Shown here piece after piece: positions 17,184 to 25,759 of a stretch of DNA of 58,241 nt. Every line of letters starts with the position of its first letter. The first letter of the stretch is position 1. The translations under genes were made by a program, and so were the position numbers. The notes beneath the pieces were generated by a model, which saw only the letters and a program-made list of their open reading frames with translations, was not told the DNA's origin and did not search any database. The stretch comes from Deltaproteobacteria bacterium (GTDB taxonomy: Bacteria; Desulfobacterota; Dissulfuribacteria; Dissulfuribacterales; QOAL01): contig JALXCD010000086.1 of the NCBI GenBank assembly GCA_026991135.1, forward strand, positions 1-58,241, written 5' to 3'.

Positions 17184-18291
17184 TTAGTTTTTCCGTTTCT
17201 TTCAAATCTTGATAAAGCTCGTTGGTCAGGAGATTATTAATATCCCAATTTTTGTCAAGCCCAAGATACCTTATTGCCATGGGATGTATATCAAGTGTGC
17301 AAGGTGTCATGTCATAATATCCGCTAAGATTTGCAAGCATATCACTAAGAGATACCAAAATGGTAGGCACACGTGCATGTTGTGGGATGTCTTCCCAGTT
17401 GGAAAAGGACGGATGATGATGATAGGATATGGTGGTACATAGTATTTCAGGAAGGCCCCAATACGTAGTAATTAAATAGGCCAGGCGGCAATGGTCAATT
17501 CCATAAAAACTGTCTTCTCCTATAACAGAAGGATTTTTACAAGGGGAATCATCTTTGATTTCCACATCCTTGTTCCCAAGACCTCTTAGAAGAAATTTTC
17601 CGACATCGTGAAGGAGTGAGCACGTATAGACTGTTGGAGCAATATCACTTGTATTCATGTCAAGTTGTATAAGGAGGTGTTTAGCACATGTAGCCGCTGC
17701 TGCACCGTGTCTCCAAAGGCGCTTCATTTCTTCATTTGATAATTCTGAAAAATTTTGAACTGCAATTGTAGCTAAGAGCTGGTTTACCAGAAGCCAAAGG
17801 TTGTTAAAACCTAGAATCACCACAGCATGCTGAACTGATGTGATCTTTTTATGCGGCGAATAGGCAGGAGAGTTGACAACTCGTAAAATCTTTGCAGATA
17901 ATATTGGATAAGTGGAGATGATCTTTACTATTTTTTTTATTCTTGCTTCTGGATCCTTAAGTATTTGTGATAGCTGAACTATTCCAGTGGGCAATTCTGG
18001 ATTTTGCCTAATTATGTCTATTAAAGCTGCATCTTCTTTGGTTATAGGTCGTTCTGGGCTATATCTTTCCTTTTCAATAAAGGAAATCATTTCAACTTTA
18101 CGATCTTTTTTAAGGCTGGTAACAGAATCTGTTAGCTGCTGAATGTCTAAATAGGCCTTTGATTCTTCTGTTTTTCTCCTGTTAGATGTCTTGAGATTGC
18201 TTTGTTTGTTGGAGCTACTTTTAAGGAAAAAAATTACGATAAATAAAAAAACTACTAAAAAGCTAAGAATCATGACAATATAGATATTCAT
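17161..18291 (-). CDS. Membrane-anchored HDOD-domain protein
   Basis: 376 aa. N-terminal TM IVMILSFLVVFLFIVIFFL, a linker, then HDOD (ILRVVNSPAY, SLLHDVGKFLL, GIDHCRLAYLITTYWGLP, YHHHP). Confidence 0.85.
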   Translation of the reverse strand: MNIYIVMILSFLVVFLFIVIFFLKSSSNKQSNLKTSNRRKTEESKAYLDIQQLTDSVTSLKKDRKVEMISFIEKERYSPERPITKEDAALIDIIRQNPELPTGIVQLSQILKDPEARIKKIVKIISTYPILSAKILRVVNSPAYSPHKKITSVQHAVVILGFNNLWLLVNQLLATIAVQNFSELSNEEMKRLWRHGAAAATCAKHLLIQLDMNTSDIAPTVYTCSLLHDVGKFLLRGLGNKDVEIKDDSPCKNPSVIGEDSFYGIDHCRLAYLITTYWGLPEILCTTISYHHHPSFSNWEDIPQHARVPTILVSLSDMLANLSGYYDMTPCTLDIHPMAIRYLGLDKNWDINNLLTNELYQDLKETEKLIEAATTV

Positions 18292-18308
18292 GTCAAACCC
18301 CTAGAATA

Positions 18309-18635
18309 TTAATCTCCTTTAATAAAAAAGTAGTATATCCATGTTGCGATGACTCCAAAACATGTAAGTCCGAAGGTAAACAGATCATTTAACTTAAGAG
18401 TTTCTTCCTTTGGTAAGAAATAGAAAAAGGCATACCAAAAGACTAGTAATCCAATAAAGAATACAAGTGTTTTTCTAAATTTTAAGAAAAAGAGGATAAG
18501 GCTTACGACAATAAAACCACCCAAATAATATGGATCTTTTAAAAAACTTAATGGATCTAGACCAGAGAAGGCCTTCAATATGTTTTCTGTTTTTAAAGTC
18601 TCAAGTACCTGGTCCAAAAAGATGTTGATATCCAT
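18309..18635 (-). CDS. Small integral membrane protein (about 3 TM helices), function unknown
   Basis: 108 aa, strongly hydrophobic. Sits 17 nt upstream of the TM-HDOD gene on the same strand. Confidence 0.6.
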   Translation of the reverse strand: MDINIFLDQVLETLKTENILKAFSGLDPLSFLKDPYYLGGFIVVSLILFFLKFRKTLVFFIGLLVFWYAFFYFLPKEETLKLNDLFTFGLTCFGVIATWIYYFFIKGD

Positions 18636-18795
18636 GAAAAACTCCTTCTTTATGGATTATCGGAAAGGTGATCAACATACTAAATTTTCCTTGCCATTTG
18701 TCTTTCATGGGTTACATCTAAAATAGATTTTGAGTTATATCATTTTTATTTATGCCCAATCACATTTAAAGGGAACTAAGGTAAAAAGGTAATAA

Positions 18796-20586
18796 ATGCC
18801 ATACGGACAGGTTCTTGAGATAATGGTTGTGCTGCTTTTGATAAGCAGTGCCCCCGAAGGACTTTCTAAGGAATTAACTCCCTTTTGGGTATGTTTTTGG
18901 TTTTTCCTGAAGTCCTTTTTATGGACGGGATTCTGTATTTGGTTTCAAAAATCCACATCTAAGAGAAGAAAATCCCTAACCTTTTTGGAATGGGTGGCCA
19001 TATTTCCACTTTTTGTTGATTTTTATGTAATTGGAATTGGGGATTATTTATCCCTTTTTGCCAAAATGATTCATTTACCTTCAATTTCAAATATATTAGG
19101 GCTCTTAATATTTATTAGTTATTTAACCATTGTATGGATGGTATATGCCGCCCAAGGTCCTTATGTAATAAACAACAGAGCAATTAAAGAAGTAACGGGT
19201 AGGATAAAGTTTCTTTTCCCAGTTTTATTGCCATACATTTTTTTGTCAGTACTCAGTGATCTCATAATTCTTCTTCCATTTCCTTACATTAGAAAGATAT
19301 TTACAGGAAAATTTTCAGAAATTTATCTTTTGGGTCTATTGCTCATATTTTTTTTCCTGTTTATGCCAGGCCTCATAAGAAGACTTTGGAGTTGTTATCC
19401 GCTCCCAAATTCTCCATTACGAAGTCTGCTTGAAGATGGATTAAAAAAACAAGGGCTTGATTTTTCAGAAATTCTTGTCTGGGATGTTGGGGAACTCATG
19501 GCTTGTACGGCTGCTGTAATTGGTCTTTTGCCTGGTTTTCGATATGTCCTTTTGACACCCTGTCTCATCGAATATCTTAGCCCTGAAGAAATAGAGGCGG
19601 TGTTGGCCCATGAGGCAGAACATGTAAAGAGAAAACATATTTTATGGTATTTAATTTTAATGATTATATTTTCCGTGGCCTTGTATAGCCTTCTTGGTCC
19701 CCTTGAGAGCTGGCTTTTTTCAAAACCATTTTTTTTACACCTATTACTGGATATTTCAAGTGAACCCTCTCCTTTTCTTGCTTTTTTGGCGGTTTTGCCA
19801 TTTGCTTTGTTATTAATCCTCTACTTTCGTTTAGTAATAGGTTTTTTTATGAGAAATTTTGAGAGACAGGCCGATTTGGCCGTCTTTAATGTCCAAGGCC
19901 ATCCATTTCACTTGATAAGTGCTCTTAAAAAAGTTGCATACCTATCAGGAATTGATCCAAATGCCCCTAATTGGCATCATTTTAGTATTTCCGAAAGGAT
20001 AGATTTCTTACTAGCTGCTAATGAAAGAAAAGAACTTTTACGTGAACATAACAGGCGGCTTGATAAGTGGAAGTATTCTTTATTGGCCTTGGCCTTAATT
20101 TTATTCCTAATTCCCAAGTTCTTGCCTCAAGAGAGATGGAGAGAAAGAGCCCGAATAAACACCTTGGAATTTTATTATGATCAGCTTTTAAAACAGCACC
20201 ATAATGACCCTAAGTGGTATCTTGCTATAGGAACATATTTTTTTGAAAATAAGATGTATAAGATGGCAGAAGACGCCTATAAAAAGGCACTTAAATTTAA
20301 TCCTGAAGATCCTGATGTCCTAAACAATCTTGCATGGTTATATATAAAGGCTGATGATAAAAAATTTTTTAAGCCAAAGGATGCACTCCTTTTGGCTATA
20401 GAGGCGGCAAGGTTAAAGCAGCAAAGCTATATTTTGGATACACTGGCTGAATGTTTCTTTTATAATGGATATATAAAAAGGGCAATTGAAACAGAAAAAC
20501 GGGCGCTTTTTTTAGCCAAACCTGCTGAAAGGCCCTATTATAGGAGACAGCTTCTTCGTTTTAAAAAGGCTTTGAGTGATAAATAA
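18796..20586 (+). CDS. Polytopic membrane M48-family zinc metalloprotease with C-terminal TPR repeats
   Basis: 596 aa. HEXXH in AVLAHEAEHVKRKH, many TM segments, and C-terminal TPR-like repeats (AEDAYKKALKFNPEDPDVLNNLAWLY...). Confidence 0.8.
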   Translation: MPYGQVLEIMVVLLLISSAPEGLSKELTPFWVCFWFFLKSFLWTGFCIWFQKSTSKRRKSLTFLEWVAIFPLFVDFYVIGIGDYLSLFAKMIHLPSISNILGLLIFISYLTIVWMVYAAQGPYVINNRAIKEVTGRIKFLFPVLLPYIFLSVLSDLIILLPFPYIRKIFTGKFSEIYLLGLLLIFFFLFMPGLIRRLWSCYPLPNSPLRSLLEDGLKKQGLDFSEILVWDVGELMACTAAVIGLLPGFRYVLLTPCLIEYLSPEEIEAVLAHEAEHVKRKHILWYLILMIIFSVALYSLLGPLESWLFSKPFFLHLLLDISSEPSPFLAFLAVLPFALLLILYFRLVIGFFMRNFERQADLAVFNVQGHPFHLISALKKVAYLSGIDPNAPNWHHFSISERIDFLLAANERKELLREHNRRLDKWKYSLLALALILFLIPKFLPQERWRERARINTLEFYYDQLLKQHHNDPKWYLAIGTYFFENKMYKMAEDAYKKALKFNPEDPDVLNNLAWLYIKADDKKFFKPKDALLLAIEAARLKQQSYILDTLAECFFYNGYIKRAIETEKRALFLAKPAERPYYRRQLLRFKKALSDK

Positions 20587-20589
20587 ATT

Positions 20590-22461
20590 TTAAGCAATTT
20601 GGACCTGTCGTTCTTCAAGAATAGAATTTACAACAGAAAAAAGCTCTTTCATCTTAAACGGCTTTTTCAGGTATGGAAGCTGATATTTTTTAAAAAAGTT
20701 TATTGTCTCCGAATCTGAGACAAGCCCAGTGGTAAAAATTATCCTGTCCTTATATTGAGGAAATTCCTTTAATAATCGTTCATAAAGTTCAATTCCACTT
20801 AGTTCTGGCATTTTTAGATCTGAGATGATTATATCAACATTTTCTTCTGAAAGCCTTTTTAGTGCTTCAAGACCATTTGATGCTCTTATGGCATCAAAGT
20901 TTTTAGAAAAAATTTCTAGAAGTAGTTGGGAAACCTCGAGTTCATCATCAACTACAAGGACCTTTGGCTTTTTGGCGAAATTTAAGTGAAATACGTTTTG
21001 AGTTTGATTATTAGTGTTTGAGAGTTGTTTCTCTGTGATTTTGGGTACCTTAATTAAAAAGGATGTCTTATGTGGTTCAGATTCCACATGGATGTCTCCA
21101 CCGTGTTCTTTGATGATTCCATGACAAATGCTTAACCCAAGTCCGGTTCCATTTCTTTTTTCCTTTGTGGTAAAAAAAGGATCAAATATCTTTTTTCTGA
21201 TCTCTGGTGGTATTCCTGGGCCATTATCGGTAATTTTTATACTAACATTCTCGGAATTTGAAAGGCTTTCTATTATTATTTGGCCTTTTGATGGGCAAAG
21301 TACGTCTATGGCATTTTTGAGTATATTTGTAATGACTTGTTCTATTTGATGAGGATCAGCCATTATGTATGGATCATTGAGATCAAGCTTTTTAATAATT
21401 TTTATCTTAGTTCCACTTAGGCAGGTTGAGACCAAATTACATGAGTGCTCAATTATTTTATTTACGTTGCATTTAATCTTTGATGGTTTTTCCCTTCTTG
21501 AGAAAAGTAGCAGAGAATTGACAATGCGTTTGGCACCATTTGAAGCATTTTTAATGCTTTCAATGGCACGTTCAAGTTGATCCTTGGGAAGGTCGCTTGA
21601 AAGTAGCTCGGCATAACCTACAATAGGGGTTAGTTTATTATTTAGTTCGTGGGCTATAGAGGCAATCATTTCCCCCAATGTCGCTAAACGTTCTGCCCGA
21701 ATTAGTCGATTCCAAAGGACATCTCTTTCGGTAATATCTCTGCAAATCAGAATAACTCCATTGCTTATATGTTCTCCAAGGGTATTTGCAAGCCTAAGTT
21801 CCACTGGAACGGTATTGCCCTTACAGTCTCTTAAGACAATCTCTTCAACAAAAAAAGCACCGGGATTTTTTGAAAGATTTTGAATCTTACCTTCTAGTTC
21901 TTGCTGATAGGTGAAATCTACAAAATCTAAGACTGGCCGTTTAATAAGTTCCTTGACAGAGCAATTGAGAATGCTTGCCATTTTTTGATTGGCATAGTGA
22001 ATAACACCATCTTTTATTATGAGATAGCCCTCGTTCATGTCCTCAATGAGTGCCCTGTATCGTTCTTTGGCAAGTGCTATCTCATCCATCATGGTTATGT
22101 GTTCTAATGCCCTCTGGAGGGAGTGATAGAGTAAATCAAATTCAAAGGGTTTAATTACATAGTCAAAGGCTCCATGTCTTAAGGCTTCTACTGCATTTTC
22201 TACAGAGGCATGCCCTGTCATTACTATGACTCTTGTTTTTGGGCAGAATTCCCTGCAATATTTCATTATGTCAGTACCGCTTCCGTCTGGAAGATAGAAA
22301 TCCGTAACAACAACATCAAAAAAATTCTCTTTTAACTCCCGAAGTCCTTCTTCCACGCTTTTACTTGTTGTAGTTGTAAATCCCGAGTAGTCGAGAAGCA
22401 TTTTAAGGGTTTCTCTCATCTGCTTCTCGTCATCGATAATAAGTATGGAGCCCAGATTCAT
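20590..22461 (-). CDS. Hybrid histidine kinase: REC-PAS-HisKA-HATPase-REC
   Basis: 623 aa. REC1 (ILIIDDE...VVVTDFYLPDGSG), a PAS region, H-box IAHELNNKLTPI, G-boxes DNGPGI and GTGLGLSI, REC2 (VLVVDDE...IIISDLKMPELSG). The start overlaps the stop of the upstream kinase by 4 nt. Confidence 0.9.
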   Translation of the reverse strand: MNLGSILIIDDEKQMRETLKMLLDYSGFTTTTSKSVEEGLRELKENFFDVVVTDFYLPDGSGTDIMKYCREFCPKTRVIVMTGHASVENAVEALRHGAFDYVIKPFEFDLLYHSLQRALEHITMMDEIALAKERYRALIEDMNEGYLIIKDGVIHYANQKMASILNCSVKELIKRPVLDFVDFTYQQELEGKIQNLSKNPGAFFVEEIVLRDCKGNTVPVELRLANTLGEHISNGVILICRDITERDVLWNRLIRAERLATLGEMIASIAHELNNKLTPIVGYAELLSSDLPKDQLERAIESIKNASNGAKRIVNSLLLFSRREKPSKIKCNVNKIIEHSCNLVSTCLSGTKIKIIKKLDLNDPYIMADPHQIEQVITNILKNAIDVLCPSKGQIIIESLSNSENVSIKITDNGPGIPPEIRKKIFDPFFTTKEKRNGTGLGLSICHGIIKEHGGDIHVESEPHKTSFLIKVPKITEKQLSNTNNQTQNVFHLNFAKKPKVLVVDDELEVSQLLLEIFSKNFDAIRASNGLEALKRLSEENVDIIISDLKMPELSGIELYERLLKEFPQYKDRIIFTTGLVSDSETINFFKKYQLPYLKKPFKMKELFSVVNSILEERQVQIA

Positions 22462-24998
22462 TGCCCCTCCCTCCCTTTGCCATTTAAGGCATCTTTTGAT
22501 ACAGGCAATTTGATTTCAAAAACTGCTCCAAAACCTGACCGTTCAATTAGTTTAATATCTCCCCCGCATGCCTTTATTAGTCCAAAGCATACAGAAAGCC
22601 CGAGGCCAGAGCCTTTTTCCTTTGTTGTTAAAAAGGGTGAAAAGAGTCGTTCTCTTATGTTTGGATCAATTCCAGGACCTGTGTCTGCAACCGTTAAAGT
22701 AATAAATCCATCCTCTTTTTTTGATACCTCTATTCTTATTGTGCCGTTTTCTCCTATTGCCTCTTGCCCATTTTTGATAAGATTGATGAGTACCTGTTTC
22801 AATTCGTCCGGGTTGATAGAAACAGTGGGGAGATTATCTTCTATCTGGACTTCGAGGTTAATATTCCTTTCATTTAGAGGCTCTTTATAAAGAATAGAAA
22901 TTTCATCAATTACCTTTTTTATGTCAGTTGAAAAATTTTGAGCTTTTTGTTCATTCTTAGAAAAGTCACTAAGCTTTTTAATGATTCGGGCAACTCTATC
23001 TATTTCGGAATTTATTGCATCTATTGTTCCTTCTTCTATCTTTCCAGTCTCTTTTTGTATCTTTAATATCTTTAATAGATTTTTGATTATTCCAAGGGGG
23101 TTGTTCACTTCATGAACAACCTTTCTTGCAACGTCACTGGCTGCCCCTAATCTTTCTATCTGTATTAGGCGTTCTTGAGCCTTTTTTAGCTCCCTTGTCT
23201 TTTTTTCAAGCTCACTTTTTAGCCATAAAGCCCTTTGTTCTCTTTCAATATCTAAAAGAACGCTGTCAGTTACATCCTTTAGAAATATTAGGCCTCTCTT
23301 TTTTCCAAAAAGTTCTATAAAACTTAGTTTTATTTCGATCCATTTTCGGTGTGTGCCTGGAGAATTAATCCTAATTGGCCCAATAGTGATTGGTTCTTTT
23401 GATGGAAGCTCAGAGTTAAGGGCTGAGATAATCTGTTCGTTTAAAAGTATCTTTTGATCAATTTCAAATAATTCTTTAAAGTGGGGATTGGCAAAAAGGA
23501 TATTTCCATCTAAATTACATATACATATGCCAACAGGGGAATTTTTTATTATTGCCTCATTAACGATATGTTCCTTTTCCCAAAGTTGTCGGTAAGAAAT
23601 GCCCCTTAAAACATGGGCTACTTGTCTAGAAAATATCCTTAACGTCTCTATTCCATTTTGAATTTTTTTGAATTCTTCCTCCCTTATGCCAATGGCCAGT
23701 GCTCCAATAGGATCGTTTCCGATTAAAAGAGGCAAGACAAGAAATTCTGTATCTAAAAATTGAATTAATTGTTTTTCAATTAACCGTGGTTGGTTTTCCA
23801 AAAAATATTCTTTAGTAAAGATCGGATAGCCCGTTGAAAAGGCCTTTTCCCATATAGAATTGTTCAAGTTAATGATTTTTATTTGGTTGATAATTGAGTC
23901 ATCTTTGGTGCCTCTTGAAACAACCCCTCTTAGAACCCCATTTTTAAAGGAGAATAGTAAAATAGATTTTATGTTTATTAGATTAGAAAGCGATAGAAAT
24001 ATGGCCTCTTGTAATTCATTCCTGTTTCTGACATCTAAAATGCTTTCTAGAGCGCCAATGAGAGATGCATAATCAATTGCTCTATCTTTAAGAACTTCTC
24101 TTGAGTCAGGTTTATCGGCGAGTTTTAGTGATTTTCCCTTTGAATCTTCTATTTTTAATCCGAGGTCATTTGCAAGCCTAGATAGTTCTTGATTTAGTTC
24201 TTTAAAAAGCTCTTCGAGTTCAGTTGCAGTTAATTTTATGCCAAGGTCAATAAATTCTTTTTCAATGTCTTCTTGGTTAAAATTTGTTTGTCCAAAGAGG
24301 TAGTGAGAGGTAATATCTGAAAGATAGGTGATCTTTACAATCGGAGTTGTATCTTCTAACTGAGTTTTAGGCTCGTGATGATAACGTACAGACCAGCAGA
24401 TATTTAATGGAATGTTCCATTCTCTAAGGAGGCTGAAACCCTCATCTGTATGAGTATTTCCGAGATAACGCCTTTCTGAATCAAGTATGGTTTGTCCTGT
24501 TCTTGGATTTTGTACCACCTTGTCAAAATTTTCCGGTCTTTTAATGAGTAGGGCCAATTGACCTATATCATGTAAAAGTCCAGCGAGAAAGGCTTCTTCT
24601 TCTGAAGGTGGTGATTCTGTTAAGAGTGCCAATTTTTTTGAAATTATTCCAGTAGAAAGGCTATGATGCCAGAAATTTTCAATGGAAAACTCATCAGGAA
24701 ATTCAAGTTTTGAAAAACTTTGGCATATAGCAACAGTTACTGCAATATTTCTTAAAGTAGAAATTCCAAGTCTTAGGGCTGCCTGAGAAATGGAATTAAT
24801 TGGTTTACCTCGATTTATAATGGGGGAATTTGCAAGTTTTAATATCTGGGTTGATAATGCAGGGTCAGCTCCAGCTATCTGACCAAGTTCCCTAAGTGTC
24901 TTTTTTTCGTCTTCTGCGGCTTCTAAAAGATTAAATACAACTCCAGGGAGAGAAGGCAAGAGGGGTATAGTAGATGTTTTGGGACAAGTCTTGGTCAT
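22458..24998 (-). CDS. Multidomain sensor histidine kinase: HDOD-GAF-like-PAS-HisKA-HATPase
   Basis: 846 aa. N-terminal HDOD (ILKLANSPIINRG, AGLLHDIGQLALL, YHHEP), central GAF-like and PAS regions, H-box VVHEVNNPLGII, NLIKNGQEA, DTGPGI and GSGLGLSV. Confidence 0.9.
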   Translation of the reverse strand: MTKTCPKTSTIPLLPSLPGVVFNLLEAAEDEKKTLRELGQIAGADPALSTQILKLANSPIINRGKPINSISQAALRLGISTLRNIAVTVAICQSFSKLEFPDEFSIENFWHHSLSTGIISKKLALLTESPPSEEEAFLAGLLHDIGQLALLIKRPENFDKVVQNPRTGQTILDSERRYLGNTHTDEGFSLLREWNIPLNICWSVRYHHEPKTQLEDTTPIVKITYLSDITSHYLFGQTNFNQEDIEKEFIDLGIKLTATELEELFKELNQELSRLANDLGLKIEDSKGKSLKLADKPDSREVLKDRAIDYASLIGALESILDVRNRNELQEAIFLSLSNLINIKSILLFSFKNGVLRGVVSRGTKDDSIINQIKIINLNNSIWEKAFSTGYPIFTKEYFLENQPRLIEKQLIQFLDTEFLVLPLLIGNDPIGALAIGIREEEFKKIQNGIETLRIFSRQVAHVLRGISYRQLWEKEHIVNEAIIKNSPVGICICNLDGNILFANPHFKELFEIDQKILLNEQIISALNSELPSKEPITIGPIRINSPGTHRKWIEIKLSFIELFGKKRGLIFLKDVTDSVLLDIEREQRALWLKSELEKKTRELKKAQERLIQIERLGAASDVARKVVHEVNNPLGIIKNLLKILKIQKETGKIEEGTIDAINSEIDRVARIIKKLSDFSKNEQKAQNFSTDIKKVIDEISILYKEPLNERNINLEVQIEDNLPTVSINPDELKQVLINLIKNGQEAIGENGTIRIEVSKKEDGFITLTVADTGPGIDPNIRERLFSPFLTTKEKGSGLGLSVCFGLIKACGGDIKLIERSGFGAVFEIKLPVSKDALNGKGREGQ

Positions 24999-25069
24999 TA
25001 CCCAGTTAAGTTATTAAGTTGTAAGCCTAAATTTTCTAATGTTAATGTTAAATTATAGTTACCTATGTT

Positions 25070-25143
25070 AAAAAAATTTTTCAAGTAATTTTCAACTATT
25101 TTTAATGTTTTTAACAATTTTTTAACGTTTTTCCAACATTTTT
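25070..25143. promoter_or_regulatory. Helically phased T-tract array (predicted intrinsically bent DNA) in a divergent promoter region
   Basis: T4-T6 runs start at 25077, 25089, 25099, 25108, 25118, 25128 and 25139, a spacing of 9-12 nt with a mean of about 10. The units resemble TTTTTAAYR. The array lies between the minus-strand kinase operon (start 24998) and yjbQ (start 25341). Confidence 0.5.
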
Positions 25144-25340
25144 ACCTAAGCCAGAAGTTAATTGTCTTTTTTCATAAGACTTTGACCACAAGGTATTGGG
25201 AATAAAAATTTTAATCATTCTAAATTTTGTGTCATTTCATCTTTACAAATAAAATCATTTTGGTTTAATAAAAATTAGTTTCAAAAGGCTTATCGAATTT
25301 TTTATTTGTGTTCTTAAGGGGGATATTGAAAGGGGCAAGT

Positions 25341-25739
25341 ATGGGGTTAAGTGAAATCTTTGTTCAAACCAACCGCCAAACCGAATTTATTGATATAACA
25401 TCAAAGGTTCAGTCTGAGGTTAGTTCAAGTTCCATCCTGTCTGGCTTGGTGACTATCTATTGTCCACATACCACGGGCGCTGTAACAATAAATGAAGGGG
25501 CTGATCCTGCTGTAAAAGAGGATATTCTATCGGTCCTTAATAAGATTATTCCATGGGATTACGATTATAGGCACCTTGAGGGGAATTCACCCGCACATAT
25601 TAAGAGTTCCATTATAGGAGAATCGGTCACTGTAATAATTGAAGGGGGAAAACTTCAGCTTGGTACATGGCAAAAGATATTTTTTTGCGAGTTTGATGGT
25701 CCAAGAAAAAGACGCCTCTGGTTGAAATTCATGAAATAA
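25341..25739 (+). CDS. yjbQ: YjbQ/UPF0047 family protein (secondary thiamine-phosphate synthase-like)
   Basis: ORF track starts at 25308. The ATG at 25341 follows AGGGGC. Family motifs VTINEGADPAVKEDI, GNSPAHIKSS and LGTWQKIFFCEFDGPRKR. Confidence 0.85.
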   Translation: MGLSEIFVQTNRQTEFIDITSKVQSEVSSSSILSGLVTIYCPHTTGAVTINEGADPAVKEDILSVLNKIIPWDYDYRHLEGNSPAHIKSSIIGESVTVIIEGGKLQLGTWQKIFFCEFDGPRKRRLWLKFMK

Positions 25740-25759
25740 TCTCTGTCTAAGTTTATCTG

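Noticed and set aside
25026-25053. A dif-like half-site, TAATGTTAAAT (25043-25053), matching 10 of 11 positions of the remembered E. coli XerD arm TTATGTTAAAT.
   Set aside because: The 11 nt where the XerC arm should be (CCTAAATTTTC) shows neither similarity to dif nor dyad symmetry with the XerD arm. It is most likely a chance match in very AT-rich DNA.
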